Shown here in pieces: positions 1-14,000 of a stretch of 57,943 bases of DNA. Every line of letters begins with the position of its first letter. Position 1 is the first letter of the stretch. Origin of the DNA: Chiloscyllium plagiosum (taxonomy: Eukaryota); NCBI RefSeq assembly GCF_004010195.1, contig NC_057759.1:1471212-1529154 (forward strand), given 5' to 3'. A program made the translations under genes and the position numbers. A model generated the notes under the pieces. The model was given only the letters and a program-made list of their open reading frames with translations, made no database searches and had not been told where the DNA came from.

Positions 1-784
1 CCCTCCCCTTTCTCTCACATCAATAAGCCGTACAAACATGTCTGACGTGTGCACAATCTTTCCAATGGGTACATGACCGTGAAGGAATTGAGTGCCACAT
101 CTCCCACCACAGGAACCAGGGAGACAATCTAAAGGGGGAGATCAGGATCTGGCTTCTGCCGATCAGTCTGCAGCTCTGAATCATCAGCTGTGGGGTTAAA
201 GGGAAATTCTAGCGGCGTCTGTGGAATGACCTTGGGTTCGAGAGAACAGGAAGTGATATTAATCACGCAGAGACAAGTCTAATGGACTGCCTGCAACTGA
301 TACACAAAGTAAAGGGAAGTAAGCCTCAGCAGTTGACACAGCGAGCTCCTTATCTGACAGAAACACTTGCCAACAAGGCAAGCGGATTGATGTGAGTCAA
401 CGGACTCAAAATAAAATTCTCTCTCTCTGCACAAATGTTGCCAGATCTTTTATAAACTATGATATAACTCTGTTTTCTCTCTCCCTCCTTCTCTCCCCCT
501 CTCTCCTCAGAGATGCCACCAGAGCTGCTGAGTTTCTCCAGTGCTCTCTGTGTTGGTTTCAGATCTCGAGAATCCGGCAATATGTTGCTTTTGGAACCTG
601 AAAAAAAATGTGTATTCTTTGTATCTGACGACAATGGCCCCACTCCTGGTGAAAGTGTGTCCGCTGATGTTCAAGCAAAGAAGAAAGACACGGGTGACAC
701 ATTTCAAAATAACTTTGCGTTTCTCTGGCAGAATGGAAACACAGGATTATGTAATTACACTTATGGGAATGGGGTCCATGCAAC

Positions 785-1450
785 TATAGGACTAGGAATA
801 GGCCATTCAGCCCATCGAGTCTGTTCTGCCATTCAAAGAGATTGTGACTGATATGATCACCCTCAACTCCACTTCGCCACCTTTCTCCTATAACCCTCGA
901 TTCCCTTTTTGATTAAAAACCTCTCTATCTCAGCTTTGAATATCCTGAAAGACCCAGCATTGACAGCCCTCTGTGGTAAAGAATTTCACAGATTCAATCC
1001 CTATAAACGAACAAATTCCTCTTTATCTCTGTCTTCAATGGGCGACCACTTCCTTATTCTTAGATGATATCGCTCTGGTCCCATGCTCACTCCCACTAGG
1101 GGAAACAACCTCTTTCCACATCTCCCCTGTCAAATCCCTCTAACAACTTTCAATAAGGTCACCTCTCATTCTTCTAAACTCCAATGAGGACAGGCCTAAT
1201 CTACCCAACCTCTCCTCGTCAGACAGTCCCTCCATACTCCGGAACAGCTGAGTGAAACTTCTCTGGACTGCCTCCAATGCCCAGGTCTATCTTTCAGATA
1301 GGAATCCCCAAAACTATTCACAGTCTCCTAGCTGTGGTCTGACTAGTGTCTTGTATAGTCTTTAAACAAAACGTCCGAATGTTTATCCACCATTCCCTTT
1401 GAAATAAAGACTGCTTGGCCTCCCTATGACCAGCTGAACAGTTGTGCTCT
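785..1450 (-). mobile_element. CR1 LINE 3' remnant
   Basis: Same 3'-end family as 22835-23340, 26030-26510, 29960-30720 and 33800-34295. Boundaries approximate. Confidence 0.65.
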
Positions 1451-1504
1451 TGTTTGTTGTTCACTGACAATGTCTTCCCGATCCCTCTGATAAGGACATT
1501 CTCA

Positions 1505-1798
1505 ATGGGAGTGTGTTCCATTCGGCCCAACATGGCCACACCGACCCTTCGAAGAGCTACCCACCCAGACCCATTCCCCTGCATTTACCCCTTCACCTAA
1601 CATCACGGGCAATTTAGCATGACCAATTCACCTAACCTGCACATCTTTGAACTGTGGGCGGAAACCAGTGCAAGCAGAGGAAACCCACGCAGACACGAGG
1701 AGAATATGCAAACTCCACACAGACAGTTATCCGAGGCGGGAATTGAACCTCGGTTCCTGGTGCTCTAAGGCTGCACTGCTGACCTCTGTGTCACTGTG
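1505..1798 (-). mobile_element. tRNA-derived HE1/V-SINE-like element
   Basis: Reverse complement has a B-box ggttcaattccc and the V-domain ctgtctgtgtggagtttgcatattctcc..gtctgcgtgggtttcctc. Confidence 0.8.
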
Positions 1799-2415
1799 AA
1801 GCTGCTCCAGCCTCTGGAATGCAGCCAATACCTGGATCGTAAGAACTAGTCTTCTCAACTGCTTGAGGACCTCAAAGAATCTCCGTAACTTTGCAAAGTG
1901 CAGTTGGTGTTTTTGAAGGTGTTCCTCATGTACCACAACATCAGACAGCATTGCAGATTGTCACGGTATGATTTGGGATCTCCAGTGGGCAGATCTTATG
2001 TTAATTCAACGCAGTGGGCGATATCTTCTCACTGAGGAACAAGATAATCTAGTTCCCTCCCCTCTGTAAAATCATCATTCACCACAAATCTGCATTCACT
2101 GTCCCTGCTTTCTGTCCCTAATCTGTCCCTGCCTCGATTCAATTCTCCTTTTCTATTTATGTTTGAAACAAACATTTGCTCTTCCCTTTTCTGTTGACTT
2201 GTTAAAAGCTTTGCTGAGCTGTTCATCACACTCTCTTTGCAACTTATCCATTTGACTGTTACTTTCGCCCTCTGTTTTCTGCCCTTGGGCAGTTTAATTG
2301 TTGACTGTACAACAAGTCAATTTTCACCCTCATTTCCAGTGTTTGTATCTCCAGCTGGCTTGTTTCTGATAAAAGGTGATAAAAGGCATGGGAAGCCTTT
2401 GTGAATGATTAGGAC

Positions 2416-2515
2416 GTGTGAGAGAGGGGGTGTGTGAGAAAGAGTGTAGTAAGAAAGACCACAGACTTCTGAGAGAGGGTGTGTGAGAAAGAGTGGAGTA
2501 AGAAAGACAACAGAC

Positions 2516-2578
<63 letters not shown>

Positions 2579-2930
2579 AGCGTGTGTGTGGGTGAGAAAG
2601 AGTCTGTGTGTGAGTGTGACAGTGTGTGTGTATGGGTGAGAGAGTGTGTGCGACAAAGAGAGAGACTGTGTGTGTGATACGGAGAGATAGTGGATGAGAG
2701 AGAGTATCTGTGAGTGCGAGAGAATGTGGGTGAGAGACAGCGTGCGTGTGAGAGAGCGAGTGTGTAAGAGAATGTGTAAGAGAGTGTGTGCGCGAGAGAG
2801 TGTGTCTGTGTGAAAGTCAGAGTGTATGTGAATGTTTGTGTGAGAGTGTGTGTGTGAGACAGAAAGAGAGAGAGACAGAATTTGTGAGTGAGAAAGAGAG
2901 AGAGTGCCGAGAGTAGTGACAAAGTGTCAG
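2416..2930. repeat. Compound (TG)n/(AG)n microsatellite with pure (TG)n core at 2517-2576
   Basis: Visible directly; explains the HTHT/CVCV ORFs. Confidence 0.95.
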
Positions 2931-4049
2931 ACATTTCTTCAGCATGGAAACAGTCCATCTGGGCAACATATCAGTGGCGCCCAGTTTACACAATTTAAAC
3001 TAATCCCATGTGTTTGTGTTTGAACCGTATCCTTCCATACCAATCCTATCCATGTACTTGCTTAAACGTTTCTGAAATTACAAAACTGTACTCGCTTCCT
3101 TCACTACCTCGGGCAGCCTGTCTCAGACAGTCAACATCTTTTATGTGAAAAATTGCACCACCGGACTCTTTCATTTATCTCACCTCCCACCTTGCTGAAA
3201 CCCTAATAAACCTGAAGACGGTTTTGTAGGTGTGCACTTGTGATGGCAAGGCTATGTGTCAAGTGCTGGGGAAATGGGATTAGACAATAGTGAGGTCGTT
3301 ACTTTTGACCAGCGCAGACGCAATGTGCTGATGGACTTTTATTCTGTGCTGTAGACTTGTACAACTCCCTGCCATTGACTCTTAACTGTCCCCGGGGGCA
3401 ATTAGGAATTGGGGCAACAAATGCTAACCCATTCAGTGATGCCCACATCACATGAGCGAATTTAAAAAAATTGTGATTTTTTTAAACATGAATTGAATTG
3501 AGTTGATGACCACATTCTCGTGATTACTAAGGATTTGGCCTTTGGAGTGATGGAGAAGGGAAAGCATAGAAGGAGGACCTTCAGCCCAATGCCTCTGTGC
3601 CTGACAGTTTTGAGTGACAGTTCAATCTTGACTGATCTTTCTCTGCTTTGATTCATTTCGGTCAGCTCCTCCCCTTACAGTAACCGGCATGCTGTGAAAT
3701 ATGTGAGCGACAGCCGGGTTAAGCTGAACTCTCAAGGCACCGTGTGATGTGAGACAGCTTGGTGTGGAAATGACGGTGGGTAATGTCACCAAATTGCTTC
3801 CCAGTCACGGGTTTACCTGGTGGGTGTTGTGGATGTGTGCACGCTAACCAGTCTGTGGTGTCTGAGGCTACACGACCGAATTCCCATATTCTCTCCATCA
3901 CAGCCACAACGCCAAGGCGATGGGGAACAGGAATGTTGTTTCTGTGTAAAGTTGCCTCACCTGACCGCAACAAATTATAGACACATCACAAATAGGAGCA
4001 GGAATAGCCCCTTTCATCCTGCTCCCCTCCCGTCCCACATTCAATAGTT

Positions 4050-4110
4050 TCGAATCTGGGTCCCTGAGGCTGTAAGGCAGCAGTGCTAACCATTGAGCCA
4101 CGGTTCTGCC
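4050..4110 (-). mobile_element. tRNA-like head fragment of HE1/V-SINE
   Basis: gtggctcaatggttagcactgctgccttacagcctcagggacccagattcga on minus. Confidence 0.65.
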
Positions 4111-4929
4111 TACAAATAGAGGATAGAGTGGGGTGCCGGGGAAACGGGAGTGGGTAGAGCGGGGCTCAACAGTAATGGGAAAGTGATAGAGATGGGGAGA
4201 AGAGGAAATGGGAGAGCGAAATAGAGTGGGGGTCAAGGTTCAAATGATGGTTATTGAGGAGAAATGGCGAGGGGAATACAGTTGTGTGAGATTGAGGGGA
4301 CATGGAGTGGAGCGCGATGGAGTGGGGGGGGATAGATTGTCCCTCATCCCTGTTTCCTGTGCACCCCACTCTAGCCCCTCTCATGTTTTCCCTGCCCCGC
4401 CATATCCCTGCCCCCTGTTAACCTGGTCCCCACTTTATTTCCCTCCATTGCTCCCCCTGTCCCTCAGCTCTATCTCCCACCCCCATCAGCCCCCACTCTA
4501 TCCCCCTCCCCGTTTCCTCTGTCCGCCCAACTCTATGCCAGTTTTGTGTTTTCCATGCACCTCTCTAACCCCTCCCCTCATTTCCTCTCTCTCCAAACTC
4601 TCCACATTCTATCCCCCTTAAGTCCACACGGTTTTGCGGAAAGGTCACTTGATCTGAAACATTAACTCTGGTTTCTCTCCACAGATGCAACGAGACCTGC
4701 TGAGCTTTTCAAACAATTGCAGTTTTTATTTCTGAATGACACATTCACAATCCTTTTGGTTTGCATTCTCTGATAATCATCTCACATCTCATCAAGAGGG
4801 TTCCACCAGCTTATCTCTACTTAATAAAGAAAATCTCCCAATATGTTATGTACAGGAATTTTGTTCTTTACTGAATACAGTATTATTGTGTACAAAAGCA
4901 AAGACCACTAAGGCAGATACAGTTTAAAA

Positions 4930-5535
4930 TGGATCGACGTGAGGTTAGCCAATTTGGGAGCAAGAACAGGAAGGTGGATTATTATTCGAATGGCGATGGA
5001 TTGGGAAAAGAGAATTGAGGACTGGAGTTTAGATGTCATGTTTCGGCTGTTCAAGACATTGGCCAGGCCACGTTTAGAGTATTGCATACAATTCCTCTTG
5101 CCCTGCTGTTATTAAATTGGAATGGATCCAGGAAAGTTTCACAAGGATGTTATCAAAGCTCGTGGGTTTTAATAATAAGAGGAGGCTGGAGAGCCTGGGA
5201 CGATATTTTTCCCTGGAGGGTCACCATCAGAGGGGTGGACACTATAGAGGTTTATACAATCATAAGGGGCATAGTCAAGGTCGTATCCCTGGGTAGGAAA
5301 GTAGAAATGAGGGCATATATTTTAGATGATAGTAGAGTGATTTAAAAGAGACCTGAGGGGCATTTTTTCATGCAGTAGTTGTTGCATATATGGAACCAGC
5401 ATGTACAGGACAGGTTTTGAGAGATATTGGTCAAGTGCAAGAAAATGAGGCTGGTTCAGTTTAGGATGCCTGGTCAGCATGGATGAGTTAGGCTGAAGTG
5501 TCTGTTCCCCTGCTATATGACTTTATGACTCCATG
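4930..5535 (+). mobile_element. CR1 LINE 3' remnant
   Basis: Decayed ORF2 C-terminus and tail ctatatgactttatgactccatga. Confidence 0.65.
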
Positions 5536-5924
5536 ATTAGGGGCATGCATGATGTCCTTGCCAGTAATGGCCTACATCCTTTGCCTGAATGAGGGACTGC
5601 AATGTTTAAAACCTGTAACTGAGTCACTGTCTTCACTCGCTCTAATGCATAAAAATTCATCGACATGGTCCTGCTGTTCCACTGAAAGACAAATGATATC
5701 TATTGACCAGAACCTTCCGCCCTCACACTGTCGTTGTTCCTGATGGAGTTTATCAGTTTGCAATCAGACCTGCACTGCTCCTTTCTTGATGGACAGCAGT
5801 TATCAGATCAGTACGAGGGCGGTATTAAAATATTAACATCTTCAACAAAGCCTGTATTTACATCAGTCAGAGCCCTATGTGGTGCTGTGGCAGTGTCCCT
5901 ACCTCCGGACTGAGAGGCCAACTT

Positions 5925-6272
5925 TTCTTTTATTCCTGGGAAGAGGGCATCACTGGAGAGGTCAGTATTTACTGTCTATCCCTTATAGCCCAGAGGGCAG
6001 TTACAAATCAATCACATTGCTGTCTGTCAAGAGTCACATGTAGGCCTGACCAGGTAAGGATGGCAGTTTCCTTCCCTAAAGGACATTAGTGAACCAGATG
6101 GGGTTTTACTGACAATTGATTCGCAGTCACAATCAGTCTTTAAACGTCAAGAATTTTGTTGAACTTAAAATCCACCATCTTTCGTGGTAGGATTGAAACC
6201 CGGGTCCCCAGAACATTATTGGGGTCTCTGTATGAGCAGCCCACCGATAACACCACCAGGCCATCGCTTCCC
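5925..6272 (-). mobile_element. DeuSINE/SacSINE1-like element
   Basis: Shares ggatggcagtttccttccctaaaggacattagtgaaccagatggg and a tRNA-like head with the copy at 28185-28720. Confidence 0.7.
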
Positions 6273-7053
6273 CATTCAAAGTTCAAGTCTGCTGCTCTGG
6301 ATGTGTCTGATACCCCCACCCCTATCATCGTGGCGTTTCCAAAACAACTGCAGCGTGAGACATCCCATACACTCCCACAATGGTTACAGAATCTCACAAA
6401 GCCGGGCTGATGCATCGGGCAGGGGTCTCTTATTGTTGAGAGTTCGCTTCTCCATGGAGACTCCCTATCAGCCGTGCTCCCTCCATCCGGATCTCCAGTG
6501 GTTTGCAGCTCAGTGTCCATTCTGTCTATGGGGCCAGAAGGTTCAAGTTCAAGCTGCACACTCCAGGACACGTTCACCCTGAAAAGTAACCAGTAAAACT
6601 GCCTGCTTTCTGTCTGAGTGTCTCCCACCTGTCAGAACCGTCTGATAATTTCTGTTCTAAATTATTCAGAATGGGACATTCACGTGATCGTCCATTCAAA
6701 GAATGAGACAGATGATGCATTCCTCCCATTAAACGTGGACGAAATGAAAAGCTTAATCCTCAGATATGTACATCACAGTGAAGGAGAAGCAGATATTAAA
6801 TATCCAAAGAAAGCAAGCAGTCAAAATAGTTTGATAAATTCAAAACCCAGCGAAGTCCAGAACAGATTGATGGTCACACTGACGTGAAAGTAGCTTCCCC
6901 GGAAGGAAACGAGTGGAGTCAAATTGTGAAACACCGTTTCCAACATAAAGTTAAGAAGTTTGTTATCTGTACACAGGAGGTACATTGTATCGCTTCACCA
7001 GTCGTTGTATTGAATCAAACGAACACCCCCCAACCAATATGTCTTCTTGCTTC

Positions 7054-7173
7054 TTACTTCCGCGGAATATTCATATAAACGTTTCCGTCCCCTCCATCTT
7101 CTTCCTGCGAGGGCTCGCTGAGATTCAGTGTGGCGTATGTGATACAATAATCATCAAGGTCAGTCTTCGAATC
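7054..7173 (-). CDS. Receptor exon 14: terminal coding exon, ITIM ITYATL and NVYMNI
   Basis: Acceptor ttccattgcag, phase 0; DSKTDLDDYCITYATLNLSEPSQEEDGGDGNVYMNIPRK-TAA. Confidence 0.87.
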   Translation of the reverse strand, partial: DSKTDLDDYCITYATLNLSEPSQEEDGGDGNVYMNIPRK

Positions 7174-10100
7174 CTGCAATGGAATGATATTGGAAGGAAA
7201 TTGGAATCAAGTGGGAGCAAGAAGCTGAAGGGGAAGGAGAGGTCATAGGAGTACAGGTAACAATGAGTCTCAGAGGAAAATGGGAATCACCAGCAGGCAG
7301 TTGAAGGCCTGCAAGTCAGAAATCTGGCGGCAAAGTGATTCGGTCCCTATCTCTGAGCCAGGAGGGCAGGGTTCAAGTCCCGCCTGCTCCTGTGGTCTGC
7401 GATATGGACATAGAAGCAGGAAGGTGATGTTGGAGTGTGACAGGACTTTGGTGAGACCATAGTCTGCAGTTCCAATCTTTGCACTATTGTAAGGATGTGA
7501 TACACTGGAGGGGGTGCAGAGGAGATTCACCAAGATGTTGTCTGGCATGGAGCATTTCAGTGATGAAGTGAGGCTGGATAAGCACGGCTTGCTTTCTTTG
7601 GAGCAGAGTAGATGGAGGCGGTTTTGATTTTGTTTTCATTTACTTATGGGACGGCAGCATCGTGGTTGGGCCCAGTGTTTGTTGCCCTGTCTCCAGTTGC
7701 TCTCCTGAGCCACTGTGCTCACAACTTCTGAAGGTTAACTCACAATTCACTTAGGGAGTTAATTCCAGCATTTTAAAGCAGCGACACTGAAGGAATGGCT
7801 GATGTATTTCCAAAGGATGTTGAGTGGCTCAGAGTGGAGCACATAAGGGTTGGTCTTCCCGTCTGCTGCCCCTGTCCTTCCAGGTGGAATTGGCTGTGGA
7901 TTTGGAAGGTGATGTCTTAAGATGTTTTGGTGACTTTCTACAGTACATCTTGTAGAAAGTACACACTGCTGCTACCAACTGAGTGCAAATGACAACGGGC
8001 TGACAAGTATTTAACGTCAATATCAGTGATGTTTTAATAATGTACGAAGGGGAACTGGAACATCAACACTAATACTGCCCCAATTTTGAAACTCACTTGT
8101 CTCTGAGCATTGGAAGTGGAATGCGAAACAGCGAGCAATCTCCTCCATTAGTAAAGTGTTGCCAGTTATTTTTCATTGTGTTCAAAGGCAGACACAAAGT
8201 TGGGACGGAGGGAGAGCGGAGAAGGAGGATGCAGAGATGCATCAGTGTGATTTGGATAAGTTGAATGAGTGGACCAATGCACGACAGATGCAGTTTATTG
8301 TGGATCAGCGTGAGATTATCCAATTGAGAGCAAAAACAGGATGGTGAATTATTATCAGATAGTGATGGATTGGGAAAGGGTGAGGCGTAATAAGACTGGG
8401 TGCCCCTCATACACCAGTCACTGCAAGTGAACATTGCAGAAGCAGCAGGCGGTGAAGGAGGTAAATGGAATGTTGGCCTTCATAGTGAGAGGATTCGAGT
8501 CCAGAAGCAGGGATGTCTTGCTGCACTTGCACACGGTGAGACCATATCCTGGAGTACTGTGTGCGCAGTTTGGGTCTCCTTATCTGAGGAAGAATGTTCT
8601 GGCTATGGAGGGACTGCAGGGAAAATTTCCCAATATGATGTCTGGGATGGCAAGACAGACGGATGGAGATAGACTGTATTAATTAGGATAATATTCACAG
8701 CAGTTTCGAAGAATGACGGGGAAAGTCGTAGAATTGTATGAGGACTAAACAGGATAAACACAGGAAGGGTGTTCCTGATAAACAGGAGGGAGTACAGAAC
8801 CAGGACGTCACAGTCTGAAGGAGATGGAGGAGGACGGAGTTGGGGCATAATGCTTTCACATCGAGAGAGTGGGAGCCTGTGGAATTCTCGGCCACAGAAA
8901 GCCGTCATGGCCAGAACACGGAATGTTGTTCAGGAAGGAGTTGGATAGAGTTCTGAGGGGCTAAAGGGAGAAAATGGGGAACAGGAGACTGAGTTGGATG
9001 ATGCTGTTGAACGGGGAGAGTAGGTTGGAAGGACTGAATAACGTACTCATGCCTCTACATTTTATGACGTATTCTTCAGTTAGTCTGATAATAATCCAAA
9101 GTTCATGTTTTACACTGTGGATGCAAGGTATAAATCTACCTGCACATTCTGTGGCAATAGCCGTGGTCTATTTAGACATAAAATGTGGCATACCTTCTTC
9201 ACATCGGAGCAGAAAGCAATACTGTTGCCTGAAAATAAAACAGAAAAAGATGAGAACGAACTCGTTGTAGGCATTAGCGATTCGATCTGGACCCATTGAG
9301 GGCTGATCAACACTAAAGATGGAGCTGCATCTTGTGAAAGTGTAGCTGTGCCTTTGTCAATTAAAAAAAGAACAGTGCAACAATTTCTGAATTGTGTTCC
9401 TCTCAATCAATCCAGACATTTCAGATAATCGCATTTGGAAAAGTCGGCTCTGTTGAAATCCAGCAATTGGTCTTCTGACCATTAAGACGGTGTACCAGTT
9501 TGTACGATGCTTGTCAGTGCAACGTCTTTGACAGGCCGTCTTAATCTCGTCAGCCTTTGCGTCACTTGCTCAATAGTTGTTCATAAAAGACAGGAATGAA
9601 CTATTCAGGTTCCATATCTTTGGGTTTTAACTGCAGTATGCTGATCGTTCAGCGTGATGCAGCTGGCTGCATGGTTAGTTTTTGCAATGCATTATATGCC
9701 AACCTTTGCCATCAACATGGTTACAATTCCCACACCAGCTGAAGTTACCCTGAGGGACTCTCCTTCTGAACCTCTCCTCTCTCATGACGCACAATGATCG
9801 GCAAATTAAGTTTGATGATCCTCCCACTTCTCTCTCTCTCTCTCTCCCTCTGTATGTATGTGTCTGTCTGTCTGTCGGTCTGTCTGTCTCTCGCTGTCGA
9901 ATGAGAGGACAGGATAATGGCTTGGAAGAACATGGCTTTTACAGCTCATCCCCTGACACGGTGACTAGAATGTGTTCTGAGAGACAGATTTCATTGTAGA
10001 TAAGGCTAATTTCGATTCAAATGTCCCTTATAGGTATTGAGAAGCACCTGCATGATAATTGTAAGCTCAACTTTCTGAATAACAATATGATTGATGATGC

Positions 10101-10626
10101 TTTTATTTTCGCAGCTATCTCAAAACATTGAGTGGCAGTGTTTGGCAAATTGGCCTTGAGTATTATGTCACATAAACGGGACTTGCTTTCTCTCTCTTCA
10201 CAGATGCTGCCAGACCTGCTGAGTTTCTCCAGAATTGTCCGAATTTGTTTCAGACCTGCATCATCTGCAATTCTTAGATTTATGTGAAAATGATCTGTAT
10301 CTGCCTCAGAGAAGAATAATTTACGTGTCGCACTGCCATTCTCACCCATAGAATCCCTCTCTAATTGTTCTGTCAGTTTGTTCTGGATCACTGACAACAT
10401 ATAAATCATCTCCGAATTCGTTGTCTTTGCCCTATCCGTGGTAGAAAAGACTAGAGTTGATCAGATTAGAAGTTGTTTCTGATTGGCTGGTTTACTGACC
10501 AATCTTGGTAAGTGCTGGAGATTTTTTGGCGCATGCTCCAATCCCTCACAATCCCTTCACTGCAAGCACCAGACTACTGCATTTCCCTATTTGGAACTGG
10601 TCTCTCTCTCTCTTTCACTCTTTCTG

Positions 10627-10668
<42 letters not shown>

Positions 10669-10933
10669 ATCCCCAGCAGCTGGGATTGTGCTATTGTTGG
10701 AGCTCCTATGATTCCACCCTCCCCCCACCACCAACACCCACCCCTCCCATCCCATCTCACACGATCGTAGTATTGAAGCTAAGATCTTTACCGGGCTCTT
10801 TTCTCTTCTTGATGGTGACCTCTGAATAAACCAGATCCGCAGTGATGTTTTCTACAAAGGAATAGTGCCACAAGAAACACACATCAATCCGACAGCTTCA
10901 CTATAAAGGGCTAAATAATTCATAGATTAAATG

Positions 10934-11014
<81 letters not shown>

Positions 11015-11022
11015 NNNNNNNN

Positions 11023-11084
<62 letters not shown>

Positions 11085-14000
11085 CAGAGATTCATAGACA
11101 AATATATTTAGACTGAGATAGATAGGAGCTTGATTAGGAATGGGGTATGAAGGTTAAATGGAAGAAAGGAGGAGCGTGAGGTTGAGGCACACATTAGCTC
11201 CAATTGAGGGGGAGAGGTGTCTCGATAGGCTGAATTGCCGAATTTTGCTCCTATATCTTATGGTCTCGTGATCTTATCTTGATAGATAGATAGATAAACA
11301 TGCATAAGAGACATTTCATTAGGAATCATTAAGTTAGCCCAGACATCTCGAAAGACTACTGTAAGGGAAAGGTGCTCCTCTTCATTATCAATTGCTTGGG
11401 TGCTCGTGTGTCTGAGGAAACGGATCTTTGCACAAATCGCTCGTTGTAAACAACCTCTGTTGAATTTCTCAACACCAGAGAATTCCGCCCTTAGTTTCCA
11501 ATGTTACTTGAGATAAAATAAGCGTTAGTAAGTCGAGCAAAACACCCTAATGGAGTTCCAATCACAGAATATTAACAGCAGTAGCCGTTTGGAAAAGAGA
11601 TTGGTTGAAGATAAAGATCTACAACACAGAAAAAAGGCCCATTGAGTGTGTATCAGACAAAAACAAGCACCTCACTATTTTCTGATCCCACCTCCCCTGC
11701 GCTTGAAATGTAGGTTTAGCATCGCAAGTGCACATTTAAATTTTTCGTCAATGAGGATTTCTGCCTCTCCCACCCTTACAGGCAGTACCTTCCAGACTTC
11801 TCACTACACTCTGGTATTTCCTCGTATCCCCCTCTGAATGTCCTGCTCCTTACTTCAATCTATGATGGCCAAGGTGATGAAGAAGGCATTTGACATGCAT
11901 GACTTCATCGGACAGGACATGGAGTACAAGAGTTGCCAAATTATCTTGCAGCTACTTAAAATCCTTGTTAGGCCACAATTGGAGCATTGTGTACTGTTTT
12001 GGTCGCCACACTACCAGTGGACGTGGAAGCTTTAGAGAGAGTGCAGAGAAGCTTCACTAAGACGTTGCCAGCTCTCAAGTACATTGGCCAGGAGGAAAGG
12101 TTAACACTATGATTGTGTCCACTGGAACGCCGGCTGCTGAGAGGAAACCTGATAGAGGTCCCCAAAATTATGAGAGGCAGATAGGGTATTGTCAGAGGCT
12201 TTTTCTCAGGATTGATGTTTTCATTTACAAGGGGGCACAGATTCAAGGTGGGGGTGGGGGCAATTTAAGGGAGATATGCAAGGGAAGCTTTTCATGCAGT
12301 GAGTGGTTGGAACCTGATTAGCAATGCCAGAAGTAATGGTGGAAGCAGGCACGTTTTACAGGTATCTGGGAGGTCACATGAACAGTGAGGGAACAGGGGG
12401 ATAGAGACCAAATAAAGGCATGAGGTGCATTTTTTTACTTTGGTTAAGGCATGATGATTGGCACAGGCATGGTAGGCTGAAGGGCCTGTTCCTGTCCTGT
12501 ATTTTTCTTTTGAGGGGTCTTTTCATGACCCCATTAATCGCTCTGTCGAGAGGGAAGTGTTTCTTCCTGTTTACCTTTTCTAAGTTCTTCATCATTTTAT
12601 ACATCTTAAACAAGAAGCAGTTGGCAACTTTGGGGGTTAAAGTGATTGATGGGTACGGCGGAGAAAGTGGGGAACCAGGGACTGAGTTGGATGTTCAGCC
12701 GTGATCTTATCATGCAGGCAGAGCAGGTTAGCAGAGCCAAATGGCCTTTTCCTAGTTTCTATGGAAACCGGAGGTTGAGTTGGATGGTCAGCCATGATCA
12801 TAATGAATGGCGGGGCAGGCTAGAAGAGTTAGTTAGTCTACTCCTGTTTACTACTTTCTGCATTCCCCTTCAGCCACCGCAGCTCCAAGAAAATCTGTCC
12901 CACTCGAGCCCATCTGACGGTTTGGATGTTTATCCAGAATTTCTATCAGGTTACAGTGCACTGTCACTGTGTGGGGCTTTTTAATCACACCGATACAATG
13001 GCACTCACCAGCATTGTGTGCTGCTCCAACTACCGCATACTCCAGATTGCTGGCTGCTGTCCCTTCACCAGAAGGTTGGGATCCAGTTCTAGTAGAAAGG
13101 GGAAGGAAAGGATGTCATCATTTCGAACACAATGCTTTCAAAACGATTTTCAACTTCAACAAAACGGCAAATCTATCACACAAAATACAAAACCCAGCGA
13201 GATCTGGTACTCCCTGGTCCCGCTTTTCTGGTTTCTATCCAAACATGGCGTTTTCTGAACCCTCAAGGAGCTGCCCAGTTCTCCAAGTTGTTTGCACTAA
13301 TGCCCTTTGGGAAAGGTAATCTGCCATCCTTATTTGTTTAGGGCCTACATGTGACTCCATACCCTGGTTAAATATAACTGCCCCACGGGGCATTTATGGA
13401 TGGACAACAAATGCTGTCCTAGCCAGTGACAGTATCATCCCCGTGAATAAATAAAAGCTGTCTGGGAACCTTAAGGAGTATGGTTTCCTGGTTTGTCGAT
13501 AAGATGCATGTTAAAAGCATGCAGTCATATCCAAGCTCCCTCTATGACATCTTCACTTCTATCGTCTCTCCCTGATTGAGAGGAATCGGGATAAACAATG
13601 GAGAATATAGAAACTGTAGTTTCAGTCACTTACATCCTGGGTTGTGACGCAGTTGACGAATTGCCTGCAGGGAAAGAGAGAATATTCTCAGCATAATTTA
13701 CAATAGCTCTGCACTGTCACAGACAGGAGCTGCCAAAGCGTTATCTCAGTCATAAACAGGGAACGTACACATCAATAGATGATAATTGTCAAATCTGTCT
13801 TAATGCATTAAACAGCGTAATATTAAACAACTGCATAGTGTTAGGGTGATAGGCAGGCATAGGGTGAGGGCTAGGATTATGATCACGTTTAAGGTTAGTG
13901 CTAGGTTGAGGGCCATGGTTAGAGTTATGTTAAGAGTTAGGTTTAAGGTTAGAGTTTGTTAGGTTTATGGTTTGGATTAAGGTTAAGGTTAGTTAAGGTT

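Noticed and set aside
2029..2370. Possible leader-type exon of a downstream paralogue (..IILFL/GTGAG at ~2029-2050)
   Set aside because: In-frame TAG just upstream and no suitable ATG; unsupported.
2317..2958. 213-aa His/Thr-rich ORF and overlapping ORFs
   Set aside because: Translation of TG/AG microsatellite.
4050..4110. tRNA gene
   Set aside because: It is a SINE head; no complete cloverleaf or Pol III terminator.
4110..4620. Pro-rich 137-aa ORF and purine/pyrimidine mirror block
   Set aside because: Low-complexity decayed retroelement terminus; no splice or protein-family support.
4630..4670. Further hammerhead-like remnants (also ~33112, ~35173, ~44664, ~49191, ~53555)
   Set aside because: Catalytic core or helix II mutated; not called as ribozymes.
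6140..6628. 162-aa minus-strand ORF downstream of the receptor stop
   Set aside because: Runs into a SINE, has no recognisable domain; probably 3'UTR or intergenic.
9745..9933. Possible extra cytoplasmic exon with a GTAACT donor
   Set aside because: Spans simple repeats; exons 12 and 13 already join in phase.
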